IMG/VR virus record: IMGVR_UViG_3300042455_001744
Source of the DNA: an uncultured virus (IMG/VR IMGVR_UViG_3300042455_001744)
Lineage: Duplodnaviria > Heunggongvirae > Uroviricota > Caudoviricetes
Strand: one strand, 5' to 3'
DNA: 64,000 bases
A model generated the notes under the pieces. It ran no database searches. It was not told the DNA's origin and saw nothing but the letters and a program-made list of their open reading frames with translations. The translations under genes and the position numbers were made by a program. This document shows positions 26,558-37,300 of the stretch, piece by piece; position 1 is the first letter of the stretch; each line of letters starts with the position of its first letter.

Positions 26558-29500
26558 TAATTACAACATAAATTTAAATTTATTCCAACATTAATTTTAA
26601 AATTCAACCCCTGACTGTTTTCAGAACATATTGAATTATATATAATTACCTTACCATCATTAGTTAATGTATAACTATATCCATCACTCTCTAAATCATC
26701 TAAGGCAACAACTAAAGCGTTATACCATTGAGTATTAGTTGGTGAACTAAACGCCAATACGTTATAACCAGAACCATTAAAAAACTTATTTTGTATTATA
26801 ATAGAGTCATTTAATCGTAAGTCAACATACCATTCAGTTTGAAGTGCGTTTAAATTACAATTATCAGCCGTTTTATCAATTGAGGTTAAATAATCATTAA
26901 TCACTTTACCTAAAACACCTGAAAACGTCGTAATAGTATTACTTGTTCCTGATGGATATATAGAACACTCAACACTTTGGATAGGACAATCTATCGGTAA
27001 AAAGTTACTAACGGTAGCACAAGGTTTACAAGGTACTGGCACTATTATACAACCTCTTTGTCTTCTCCAAGCATGTTTTTGTCTATGAAAAACTGAATTT
27101 TCGTATTTAACACCTGTTGTCCATATTGTTGTTGCCGGTATCATTTGTTCAACTAACCTAATCCAATAATCACCTAAACCATTTACATATTGTATCATTG
27201 TATCATATGTAAAATTATTATTGGTTACCCCAATTGCCTTCTCAGATAGTAAATATTTCCAATAAATCGACTCTAAAGTTGGATAACCCATTGATTTACC
27301 GTTAGTCATATATTGTCTATTTCTAACGTTAATCATATTTTTCCAAAATGATTGAGCAAATTCAAAAAACGTTTGTCTTTTTGGTTTTGGGTCGATTTCA
27401 GTCCAATCAACACCACCCTTCATTGGATATTGAACATTAGGAAATGACGATTGAAATTGAGTATTACTCATTTTCATATTATTGGTTGAGTATGGCGTTG
27501 GATTACAATGTGTCGGAGCAATGTAGAATAACCCCTCATTCGGTATAGGATAATTCACCTCTCTTGACATATACCACACGTCATAAACCAAACCTTGAGC
27601 CGGATTCATATGTAAATCAATATTCTTAACATTTAAAACTAATTTTTCATCGTCAACAATATATTTTGAGTTGTAACCCCCATCTAAATTAGCTCTAGTA
27701 CCAACTTCGTTGATTACCCAACTTTTATTATTATCAATAGTTTTAGTTAAATTATACCCTAATGACATAAAAGGAAATCTTCTAAATCTATCAAGATAAA
27801 CTTGACCGTAAGTATAAGGAATTAATGAAGTTTGATAGTCAGGATTTGACCCAACAAAAGTATTACTTGTTCTCTTAATATCTTCCGGAGCTCTATGAGC
27901 CGGTGTTTGTTCAAACCATCCACTACCAATTTGGAAATAATAACTTTCACTATCATCAGGAGCTATCGGATAACCATAGTCATCCATCGGAAATTCATTT
28001 CTCGTTAATGACACGTCTTTTATCGAAAATTCTGTGGTAACACCTGTATATGTAACACCTTGAAATGTGAACACGTCATTAGCATCTAACACAATTTTTT
28101 GTTCAACATAAGTACCACCTGAAATTTGAGCAAATTGTGAATTAAATTGACGTAAATTAATTGGTCTATCAACTAAATAAACATGTTCGTTAAATTCAAC
28201 TAAAGCATCAGGAGCACCAATCAATCTCATTAAAGTCTCAACGGATTTACGAGTACCTTTTGATTTAAACAAATAAGCAGAATTTAATATTAAATTTCTG
28301 AAATATTGATAATTTAACTCATCAGGTGTTAACGCGGTTTTAACTCCCGAAAATTGAGATTTATCTTGATTTTTTTCACCAAATACTGACTTTAAAAAAT
28401 CCTCTTTAGTAATTGGGGATATATTAGTATTCCAACCTAATGTTTGGGCTAAATTTTTAAGTAATTGTGAAGGTATATCATTACCCACATTATAATTAAC
28501 TGAATTCATATACGCCAAAGCGTCTATGAATTTTTTAGTTTCATCAAAACTTCTACCGTATATCTGTAAAGTCTTTTCAGTTTTTTGCCCTATGGTATCA
28601 AACTCTTTAAATGAACCCGTAGTTAAAAACCTTGATATTAAATTTGTTTTATACCCGTCAATATTTTCAACAACATCATTTAGTTGTGTCAAATATAAAT
28701 TAAAAGAACCTGTCATAATATCAATATTCCAAGTTCCATTTAAAGGCCAAGTCAATTTTTGTTTTGTTGAGATATAAGTACCATCGTCATTTTCAACAGG
28801 AACAGTAAAATTACTAGTGTATATTGGAGTACTCTGTCTATTCAATAAAAATTTCTCAACCTCATCAAAATTTTCATTAAAAACTTTACTAACCTCATAA
28901 TCGTTAGGTCTAATAACTATATTCTGAAATACCTCAGTATTATCACCAAATGGTTTACCACTTACCGAAACAGTTAACGTTCCGGTTGTTAATGAGTTTG
29001 TTGGTTGGATAAAGATAATATCACAAACTTCATTTTGGTAATACATCAAATATTTACTATATTCAACAGTTAAATTCCTTAATGGTGATACAGGTATTTC
29101 TCTTAACTCTAAGTTTCTAGTCGACTCATTTGTAAAATCAATATCAAACTGATTTCGTATTCTTGTAATATCTAAATCAAATGTGGTAGTATTGTTTAAC
29201 TTATTATAAACTATGTTACTAGCCGTTTTACCTGTAACATAATTAACCCCCACAAATGTTGACTCAATTGCTGCTGGGAAATAACTTATTATTTTTTGAA
29301 CTGATACCGAAATTCTTTTAGTTAAAGAACCATACATCGTAAAGTTAGTAACTTGACTTAAATCAAAATTTGGATATACCTTGAAGTTGGCTTCAAATAC
29401 TTGTTTTGATTGTGCAATATCACTTAAACCTAAATTAGTTAGATTTATTGGTTCAGAAAATGTTCCCGTAATAAAATTACGGTTTCTCTTTTCTGTAATT

Positions 29501-29631
29501 GATGTTACAAAATTAAAATTCCCCTGTGTTAATCCACCACCCTGAACTAATTGGAATCCAACTAAATCGTCAGAGAATGTACCAGCTCCTGAAGCTGGTG
29601 TTGGGGGACAAGTATATTTTTTAATCGCCAT
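26557..29631 (-). CDS. Putative baseplate wedge protein (P2 gpI/T4 gp7-like core)
   Basis: LLKNLAQTLGW and YLFKSKGTRKSVETLMRLIG (KGT motif); structural context. Confidence 0.62.
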   Translation of the reverse strand: MAIKKYTCPPTPASGAGTFSDDLVGFQLVQGGGLTQGNFNFVTSITEKRNRNFITGTFSEPINLTNLGLSDIAQSKQVFEANFKVYPNFDLSQVTNFTMYGSLTKRISVSVQKIISYFPAAIESTFVGVNYVTGKTASNIVYNKLNNTTTFDLDITRIRNQFDIDFTNESTRNLELREIPVSPLRNLTVEYSKYLMYYQNEVCDIIFIQPTNSLTTGTLTVSVSGKPFGDNTEVFQNIVIRPNDYEVSKVFNENFDEVEKFLLNRQSTPIYTSNFTVPVENDDGTYISTKQKLTWPLNGTWNIDIMTGSFNLYLTQLNDVVENIDGYKTNLISRFLTTGSFKEFDTIGQKTEKTLQIYGRSFDETKKFIDALAYMNSVNYNVGNDIPSQLLKNLAQTLGWNTNISPITKEDFLKSVFGEKNQDKSQFSGVKTALTPDELNYQYFRNLILNSAYLFKSKGTRKSVETLMRLIGAPDALVEFNEHVYLVDRPINLRQFNSQFAQISGGTYVEQKIVLDANDVFTFQGVTYTGVTTEFSIKDVSLTRNEFPMDDYGYPIAPDDSESYYFQIGSGWFEQTPAHRAPEDIKRTSNTFVGSNPDYQTSLIPYTYGQVYLDRFRRFPFMSLGYNLTKTIDNNKSWVINEVGTRANLDGGYNSKYIVDDEKLVLNVKNIDLHMNPAQGLVYDVWYMSREVNYPIPNEGLFYIAPTHCNPTPYSTNNMKMSNTQFQSSFPNVQYPMKGGVDWTEIDPKPKRQTFFEFAQSFWKNMINVRNRQYMTNGKSMGYPTLESIYWKYLLSEKAIGVTNNNFTYDTMIQYVNGLGDYWIRLVEQMIPATTIWTTGVKYENSVFHRQKHAWRRQRGCIIVPVPCKPCATVSNFLPIDCPIQSVECSIYPSGTSNTITTFSGVLGKVINDYLTSIDKTADNCNLNALQTEWYVDLRLNDSIIIQNKFFNGSGYNVLAFSSPTNTQWYNALVVALDDLESDGYSYTLTNDGKVIIYNSICSENSQGLNFKINVGINLNLCCN

Positions 29632-30539
29632 TATTGTGTTATATTTGTGAAGTTTTTACTGAAATCAATATTATCATTTCTATCTTGTCTAACTTCATAT
29701 AATAATTTATTAAATTGGTCTCTAATTTCGTATAAGTTATATTGTCTGTAAATGTTGTTGTCATTATCGTACATCGTGTAAATACCATCATCCATAGACT
29801 TAGTTTGGTTACCAAATAGAGCAATTGCCAATGTAGAAAAGTCGTGTTCCGCAATTTCAATATCTAATGTCAAAGGATTAAAAAACGTATTTGAAATAAT
29901 TACGTTTTGGTTTGGTTGTCCTATATATGGTATAGATGTTGGTTTATTAGTTGGTGATGTTGATGGTGATAAAGTACAGAACATAATGTTAGTAACAGTA
30001 TCGGTATATCTATATCGAATTGATTTTTGTGATGTATTAGTTAAATTCTCAATCACCGGCTCACAATAAAATGATGAGGTTATTAACCTAAAGAAATTTG
30101 GTATTTTAGTACCGTCAGAATTTAAGTATTCAACTCTAAATCCAACCAATCCTTGAGTTACAAATTTGTTTCTATACGCTGAAGGAACTTGATTTAAATC
30201 AAATATAATACCTCTAACATTTGGTAATGCTGATAACACCCCACAATCTAAAATTTGTGTTCTTATTTCTGCCGGTCTAATAAATAAAGTATAGATACCT
30301 ATTTTATTAAATTGTTCTGCTGGTAATCTTAAATTATATAAACCACCTAAAATTTCAACATTATTATTACCTCCCGTTTCATTATTATGAAAATAAGGTC
30401 TTAAAACCGCAGTTGAATCTAACTTGGTTAATAAAAAATTATCCGTTTCATCTCTAGATGGTGTATAATTTAAAATTATATCAACATCTTCAGGTGATAC
30501 ATCAGCCGGTCTTATTGTTCCATACGTTCCTGTAGCCAT
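29631..30539 (-). CDS. Putative structural protein
   Basis: 302 aa in the baseplate cluster; ATATTTAT upstream at 30557-30564. Confidence 0.6.
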   Translation of the reverse strand: MATGTYGTIRPADVSPEDVDIILNYTPSRDETDNFLLTKLDSTAVLRPYFHNNETGGNNNVEILGGLYNLRLPAEQFNKIGIYTLFIRPAEIRTQILDCGVLSALPNVRGIIFDLNQVPSAYRNKFVTQGLVGFRVEYLNSDGTKIPNFFRLITSSFYCEPVIENLTNTSQKSIRYRYTDTVTNIMFCTLSPSTSPTNKPTSIPYIGQPNQNVIISNTFFNPLTLDIEIAEHDFSTLAIALFGNQTKSMDDGIYTMYDNDNNIYRQYNLYEIRDQFNKLLYEVRQDRNDNIDFSKNFTNITQ

Positions 30540-30578
30540 TATTTAATCTCTTTTAAATAAATATCAATTTTATGTTTT

Positions 30579-31823
30579 TTATTGGATTTCATTAACTTTA
30601 AAAAACCCATAACCGTATTTTTCAAGGTCACCCACATTATCCACCTCGCCAATTCTCATTAAAGCTTCAAGACCTGATTGTTTACCTCTTTCGATAAATA
30701 TATCCGACTGTGTTACGGGTTCATCAATAACGTTAAGTAATAACTCATTTTTTGTTATTCCTGAACAAACTATCATATCTGACGTTACACCTGAAGATTC
30801 AACAACAAAAATCGTTGTCCCATCAAAGAAGTCATAATAATCAATATCATTAATTGTGTATGCAGTGTACACACCACCATTTACTACACCCAAAGGACCA
30901 ACATATGATGGATTGTCTGATGGACCCCAAAAAGTACCAATGGTATTTGTGTCAGCAGTTATTTGAATACCCATTTTGAATCTACCGTCATATAACGATG
31001 GATTAAATTTACTACCATAGACTTCCAAATCATTTATTGTCGAATTAGTATACCCTGTTACTAAAAATGGTACGTTTGTAAAATTTCCGCTAGTCTGTAA
31101 TTCGACATCACACACCGAATCACCACTGAATATATAATCATAACTCAACGATGTTGCCGACCAACTACCACCTGCGGGTATAAAATGAGCAACACCTTTA
31201 GGATTTGTTATTGTCACCACACTGTATGGTACTGTTACATCTTTCTTAACTAAATTTACACCCCAAGGACTCATACCTGACATAGTAATAGTGAATTCAC
31301 CTTGTTGGGTATATGTATGTGAATAGTTATTAGGTAGAACATTATTAACAGTCATTTGAGGTGAACCATCCCCCCAATCTATTTTATATTCAGAAAATGA
31401 TAAATATTTTTTAAATTCAGTGTCTGAGGTGTTATAGAAATAATACGTGTTGGGGTTTGTGGTTGTTGAAGAAAAGATAAAATTAGTCATCGTTTCTTGT
31501 TGCAACACCATCCCATCAAAAACGGTATAAATACCAATATCAGTTGTATTTTCAGTGATGAAAATAGGTATTGTTAGACCCGTTAAAATTGAATTGTACT
31601 GTTTTGTATTTGTATTGAAACTACCTCCTGACAAAATTTGAGTCATTGATGAATAAGCATACGTTTGACCACTAAAATATTTAGTCACCGCACTTGTGTA
31701 AATGTCACAACAATAAACGTATTCGGCATTTGTTGTATCACTATTACCCGTATAATTCACTAAGAATAAATCATTCTTAATGACTTCAGGGGATATTTTA
31801 TAATGAAATATTCTTTCTTCCAT
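30579..31823 (-). CDS. Putative structural protein with PKD-like domain
   Basis: YKIDWGDGSP...SHTYTQQGEFTITM. Confidence 0.65.
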   Translation of the reverse strand: MEERIFHYKISPEVIKNDLFLVNYTGNSDTTNAEYVYCCDIYTSAVTKYFSGQTYAYSSMTQILSGGSFNTNTKQYNSILTGLTIPIFITENTTDIGIYTVFDGMVLQQETMTNFIFSSTTTNPNTYYFYNTSDTEFKKYLSFSEYKIDWGDGSPQMTVNNVLPNNYSHTYTQQGEFTITMSGMSPWGVNLVKKDVTVPYSVVTITNPKGVAHFIPAGGSWSATSLSYDYIFSGDSVCDVELQTSGNFTNVPFLVTGYTNSTINDLEVYGSKFNPSLYDGRFKMGIQITADTNTIGTFWGPSDNPSYVGPLGVVNGGVYTAYTINDIDYYDFFDGTTIFVVESSGVTSDMIVCSGITKNELLLNVIDEPVTQSDIFIERGKQSGLEALMRIGEVDNVGDLEKYGYGFFKVNEIQ

Positions 31824-31825
31824 TT

Positions 31826-32638
31826 TTAAGGTTGGTTAACGTACTCATACCATTTTATGGAACTAGTTGTTCCAACTCTATTATTAGTCAGATTGTATAT
31901 TGAATACGTGTATTTATCATAATCTAATACCACTTTTTGATAGAAGTATTTAGATTCATCAAATAAAAACTTATTTGGTAAATTAGATTGGGGTGTTGTC
32001 ATCATTCTCATAAACCCACCAAGTCTACCGTTAAAAAACTTAGCACTCATATAAAATGTTGAAATGTCAATTGTTTTTTTGTCTCTAATCCAATAAATAA
32101 AAAACCCTTCTTTATCACCAACAAAATCAAGTTTGAAAATCGGAGTTTTTATATTAACATTAGGAATAATTGGTGATATACTTGCGGATTCCGTCGCCCC
32201 TTGTTGTGTTGGTATTATTATAGTAAAATACAGTGTTTGATTCGCAGATTGATTAGTATCATAAAAATCCAATTTAAAAAATGATTTGGTAAATGGATTT
32301 TCGTAATAATAAATCTGAGAGGACGTAAACCCTTCATTAAGATAAGTAGGTGCCCAATCAGTCGATGTTGCCACTAAAATATCACTTCCTGTTCCCGGAT
32401 TATTATCAAAAAAATTAAACTCGTAATTAAGTTCAGTTTTGGTATTATTGGTATGAAAATCGTGCGAAAATCTTATAATTTCATAATCTCTTGGACCACC
32501 GATTATCTGTTCAATAACATCTTCTTCATATAATTCAATACTCTCATCTCTACCTAAGAAATCCCATTTAATTTCTATTGGTATATTAATATACCCATCA
32601 TTTTCAGGTATGGTAAATCTATAACTATTCACAGGCAT
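31826..32638 (-). CDS. Putative structural protein
   Basis: Start probably ATG 32638 or GTG 32632, overlapping the upstream stop. Confidence 0.6.
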   Translation of the reverse strand: MPVNSYRFTIPENDGYINIPIEIKWDFLGRDESIELYEEDVIEQIIGGPRDYEIIRFSHDFHTNNTKTELNYEFNFFDNNPGTGSDILVATSTDWAPTYLNEGFTSSQIYYYENPFTKSFFKLDFYDTNQSANQTLYFTIIIPTQQGATESASISPIIPNVNIKTPIFKLDFVGDKEGFFIYWIRDKKTIDISTFYMSAKFFNGRLGGFMRMMTTPQSNLPNKFLFDESKYFYQKVVLDYDKYTYSIYNLTNNRVGTTSSIKWYEYVNQP

Positions 32639-34388
32639 CAATTGTTGGGTCATCAATTAAATTATCACTAACAAAATTAGTTCCTTCAGGTATTATCCTA
32701 AATACATAGTTTTTATAAGGATAATGTTTACCATTTAAAAATGGGTAATCAACACCTCTACCATCTTGGTCTAAAAACCCATAAGTATATATGTCCCTCC
32801 AAACAAACGAATCACTATATATTGAATAATATGAGTAATCCGGTAAATTACCCGTATTAAGACCTCCTTCCTCAACGTAATCTGAATATACTCTAATTGT
32901 TAATTTATGATGTGGTTGATAATAATAACCCATCATATTATTATAATTTTGGTTAGGTCTTTCTTTAATATCAAAAACATTATTGTTATAAACAAACTTA
33001 TGATATAATGTTGACACTGTTCTTTCCATTTGGTCAAAATCATTCCACTCGCATAAATCACCATCAATCACATCCCCTTTTTTTAAAGAATTCACATAAT
33101 TAAAAATGTCTGTCACAGGATTATTTCCAACATTAGTTGTTCTAGAATAAAATCCCATAGTAACAGGCATTGACGAGTCCACATTTGTTTTATCCCACCA
33201 AGAATCAGGATTACCATTAACCAAAGGTAAGTTAAATTCATACCCTTGCTTTAATTTATAACCTGTATTAAACATCCAACCAAAATAACCTTTCCAAATA
33301 ACAGTAAAAAATAATTCAGTTATTGGTCTTTTTTGATTATCTCTTAATGGTTTTATATCAAAATCACAATTAAATGTTAATGAGTATGACTGAGAACCTT
33401 CCTTAACTGAAACTCTCTCAATTTTATTTGGTGTGAAACCACTACTTTCAAATTTTTTTGTTTTACCAAACACATTTTGTTCAAAACCCGATTTAACCAA
33501 AACCGCATCTTCAGGATTTGATAATATTTTTAATTCTTTAACATAGTATTTTGATATTGTATCAACAGGGTTATTAATATCAATAACTCTTTTAAATGTC
33601 CCTTTTTGTCCGTTAAAAAAAACATTACCGGTAAATCCATAATTAAATATGTTGAATATGTATTCATTACTTCCTACAGTACCATCACCAAATGAATAGA
33701 TTTCAAAGTAATCATTACCTAAATAACTAAAACTAAGTTTTACATATTCACCTTCATTCAATCCGTGTTTAACAAAACATTTAAAACTAACCAAATTATT
33801 ACCACTATCCACAATATTTGTAATAACAAATGGAATACCATCACCTGACACCCAATTAAACACACCATTAGAATTCGTACACACTAAATTTTTACTGTAA
33901 TTATTATTAAACGGATAAGTTAAAAAATGATTCCAATTGTACGTACTAGCACTTTTAGTGACAAAATCTATATGATTATTTGGTGGTATTGTATATCCAG
34001 AAGTATTATAATCAGTTCTAATAAAATCAAACTCATTATATTGGGGAAAACCTTTCCACCATATTGATTGTGGGTCACTTAAACATTGTTGTTTCGCCAA
34101 TTCTTTAACATCCACATAGTACAAATTATTTTCAAATGGTTCATAATTAGTTTTACCTGTGTAAGCATTTTTAAATAAAATAGAAAACTTACTTGTTGGT
34201 CTAAATGTACTTGATTTCTGTCTTTCATTATCAAAAACTTGTTCTAAACTTACATTAGCACTTCTATCATATTCAACAATTTCTTTTACACTTTGTACTA
34301 AAGGTATCTGTATCGCAGATGATAACTCAGGTGCTGATTTGTACCTTAAAGTACTTAAAACTATTCTTATGTCTTTATTATTCCCCAT
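32625..34388 (-). CDS. Putative structural protein
   Basis: 587 aa, aromatic and beta-rich, in the baseplate cluster. Confidence 0.6.
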   Translation of the reverse strand: MGNNKDIRIVLSTLRYKSAPELSSAIQIPLVQSVKEIVEYDRSANVSLEQVFDNERQKSSTFRPTSKFSILFKNAYTGKTNYEPFENNLYYVDVKELAKQQCLSDPQSIWWKGFPQYNEFDFIRTDYNTSGYTIPPNNHIDFVTKSASTYNWNHFLTYPFNNNYSKNLVCTNSNGVFNWVSGDGIPFVITNIVDSGNNLVSFKCFVKHGLNEGEYVKLSFSYLGNDYFEIYSFGDGTVGSNEYIFNIFNYGFTGNVFFNGQKGTFKRVIDINNPVDTISKYYVKELKILSNPEDAVLVKSGFEQNVFGKTKKFESSGFTPNKIERVSVKEGSQSYSLTFNCDFDIKPLRDNQKRPITELFFTVIWKGYFGWMFNTGYKLKQGYEFNLPLVNGNPDSWWDKTNVDSSMPVTMGFYSRTTNVGNNPVTDIFNYVNSLKKGDVIDGDLCEWNDFDQMERTVSTLYHKFVYNNNVFDIKERPNQNYNNMMGYYYQPHHKLTIRVYSDYVEEGGLNTGNLPDYSYYSIYSDSFVWRDIYTYGFLDQDGRGVDYPFLNGKHYPYKNYVFRIIPEGTNFVSDNLIDDPTIDACE

Positions 34389-34390
34389 TT

Positions 34391-37300
34391 TTAATCTGTA
34401 AATATGTCACTATCTATCCATTTTCTAGTAAATCTATCAAACGCAGATTTACCTTGTGTTAATCCAAAATAAAAATAGAACGGTGCTCCTGTGTTAATTA
34501 CTCTCTCAGAATATGGCACATTATCACCTGGTGAGTTTGTATCCCAATATAATGTGTCAGCATTTTGGACAGGTGGCGTCGAACCATCTACAGAATAAAT
34601 ATTACCTCTATAGTATTTTGTAATCGTACTACCTTTAGTTCTAAAGTATCTTGAACTTCTTAATAACCTATCAAGGTTCTGATAACCGTAACTAAAGAAT
34701 GTTGTTGCCGAAAAAGGTTCAGTATGCCATTCATTTAATTGATTACCAAAAATACTATCAGGTTTATAAGGACCAAATAATGCTGATGGGTTTGGGTCTT
34801 CACCATCTGAATTAGGGTTAAAATTTTTCTTAATATACCACTGATAATATGGAACAACTTGTGTTTTAACATTAAAATATTCAAATGCACAATTTGCATT
34901 ATTAATTGTACTTTCATCAGTAATAATAGTTCGTTTAGGTGTAATATAATCCCTAATTTGTGTGTTAGATGAGAAATACACACCAATAATCGCATCATTA
35001 GAATTAGCACCATTATAAAAGACATCGGTACAACTATTATAATTCTCATCACTAAAACCAATAGTTCCTAACTCAGAGTTAATACTGTTCATTTGAGCAT
35101 AATCACCATCAATTTTCAAATTTTCACGACTAAAGTAGGTTAGAATTTGACCAACACCCAAAATACCCAATATCTTATCTAACGAACTCTTATTTATCAA
35201 TCTCGAAATTATGAAAGTATTTAACAAATCACTCACATCTTTAAATGTTGTCGTATCTAAGTTTTTCATAACGTACCCGTCATAATCATTTGAAAAAACA
35301 ATCTCTTGAGTGTAAATGTCTCTAGGACCTAAATCCGTGATAGTAGTCGGAAACATTAAATTTTTCTGATTACCCCCAAAACTTTTATTTGTAAACCAAT
35401 TTTTTGGACTTTGACGACCAATAAATGTTTTATCGGTTGAATTATACGGACTACTTCTATAATAGAAATTATTAGATTCAGTGTTAAAATAAACCATATT
35501 TTTACAAAAACAATTATATGGTTTATTCCTCAACTTAGGATTAGGTTCAGTCGGACTTGTGAATCGTCGTGAATTAACGAATGAAAACGAGTACAATGTA
35601 CCATTTATCCAATTATTTGTAAAATAATGTGAGAAAACATTTCGACAAGCCCCAAATGTAATCACCATTCTTGCCCTCCATTCAGTTAATAACTTATAAT
35701 CAAAAATTAACGTTTCAAATGGTACTGTACACGTTATATAACAACCTTGATTAAATATCTCTTCAGGTTGTGGTACACCAAATCTAGCGTTAGTTCCTTT
35801 AGGAATTCTATTACCCCAACAAGAACCAGGTCCTGATTGTGGTATTGGTTGTGTTTTATCACGAGGGTAATATGTGAAATTATTATTTTGATTAACATAA
35901 TAACAATCTAAAGGTATCATACCTTCACAATTAAACGTACCTAAGATATCCGCACAAGCTCCTGTTTCAGCGTTAGCCGCTTTTGAATCACCCGCACCAC
36001 CAACACCTGAAACTGAGTTAACACCCCCATTTTGAATAACACCCCCGTCATCAGTTATTGTAAAATATGTGAAGTTATTGTTAGACATTAAAGTATAACT
36101 TAGTTCTCTAAGTGCCGGATTTTCATTAAGTTCCTCTACCGATGATGATGGTAATCTATCTGACCTCATAACCATTCGAGCATCACCATTACTTAAATTA
36201 ATATTAACTTCAGGTAATGGTACTTGATTCTTAATAGCAACACTATTATATGTCATACTAATGAACCAACTAGCTTGTGTCCAACCACGACCTGTTTCTA
36301 ATAATGAAATTAATCGTCGATAATATGTTAGTTGTACGTTTTGTCCTGGAAACCAATTTGGATAACAACAAACCGGAAATCCAGCAATAGTACACGCCGG
36401 AATACAATCACCATTCTCATAAGTTATATAGAAAAAATTGTTGTCTCGTTGACTTATATTAAGTGATGCTAAATTACCCCCTTCAATAATCTCATTTGGG
36501 TAATAACCCCTATTATTATTAGTTCCAGGAACATTAGGGTACAACCAAATCATTTTATTACCCCAACCTCTAAACCAAGGTGCTAAACCATTATCTTGAT
36601 TGTTATAATCAGGTTGTACATCAATATAACCACCTAAAGCATTACCTTCAGGACCACCCCAATTCACATTACCATTATAGTTAATTCTAAGACCTTTACC
36701 TGTTGAGGTTGCTGAATTTTGAGTACCTTTACCATAATTATTAAAACAATTATCAGCCATACTTTCATCCAACATTGAATAATAGGTGTGTGCCGTCGTT
36801 GAGAATGGTCTAAAACACGCATAATCAGCCGGTCGATAAAATGGGTCTCTTCCCGGTGGATTATATGGTTGACAATTTATTGGGTCACCATTAGCATCAT
36901 AAGTACAAGTTGTCGGGTCATCTTGAGGACCAATTGCCAAACTAGTTAACGCTGGTTTCCACATAAAAGTTGAGTGAAACAAATATTGATTACTGTACGT
37001 ATCTATAAGATTATTGTCAGTGATTGTATGTTTAACACATCTAATACCACCTTGAACCGGAATGTTCATTCTCATTTTATCCAATGTAACAATTTTCTTA
37101 CCCCAATCCTTTTGACTATATAATTTACTCAAATCATACGAAATTGTCGTTTTTGGTGAATTAGGGTCAACACCTCTAACAAAAAACACAACCCTTAAAC
37201 TATCTGATTTATCAATATAACCCCTAATATATGGTTTTGGTGGCGGAGCACTATAAGTTGCATGATAATGTTGTATATCACTAAGACCATGCGGCATATT

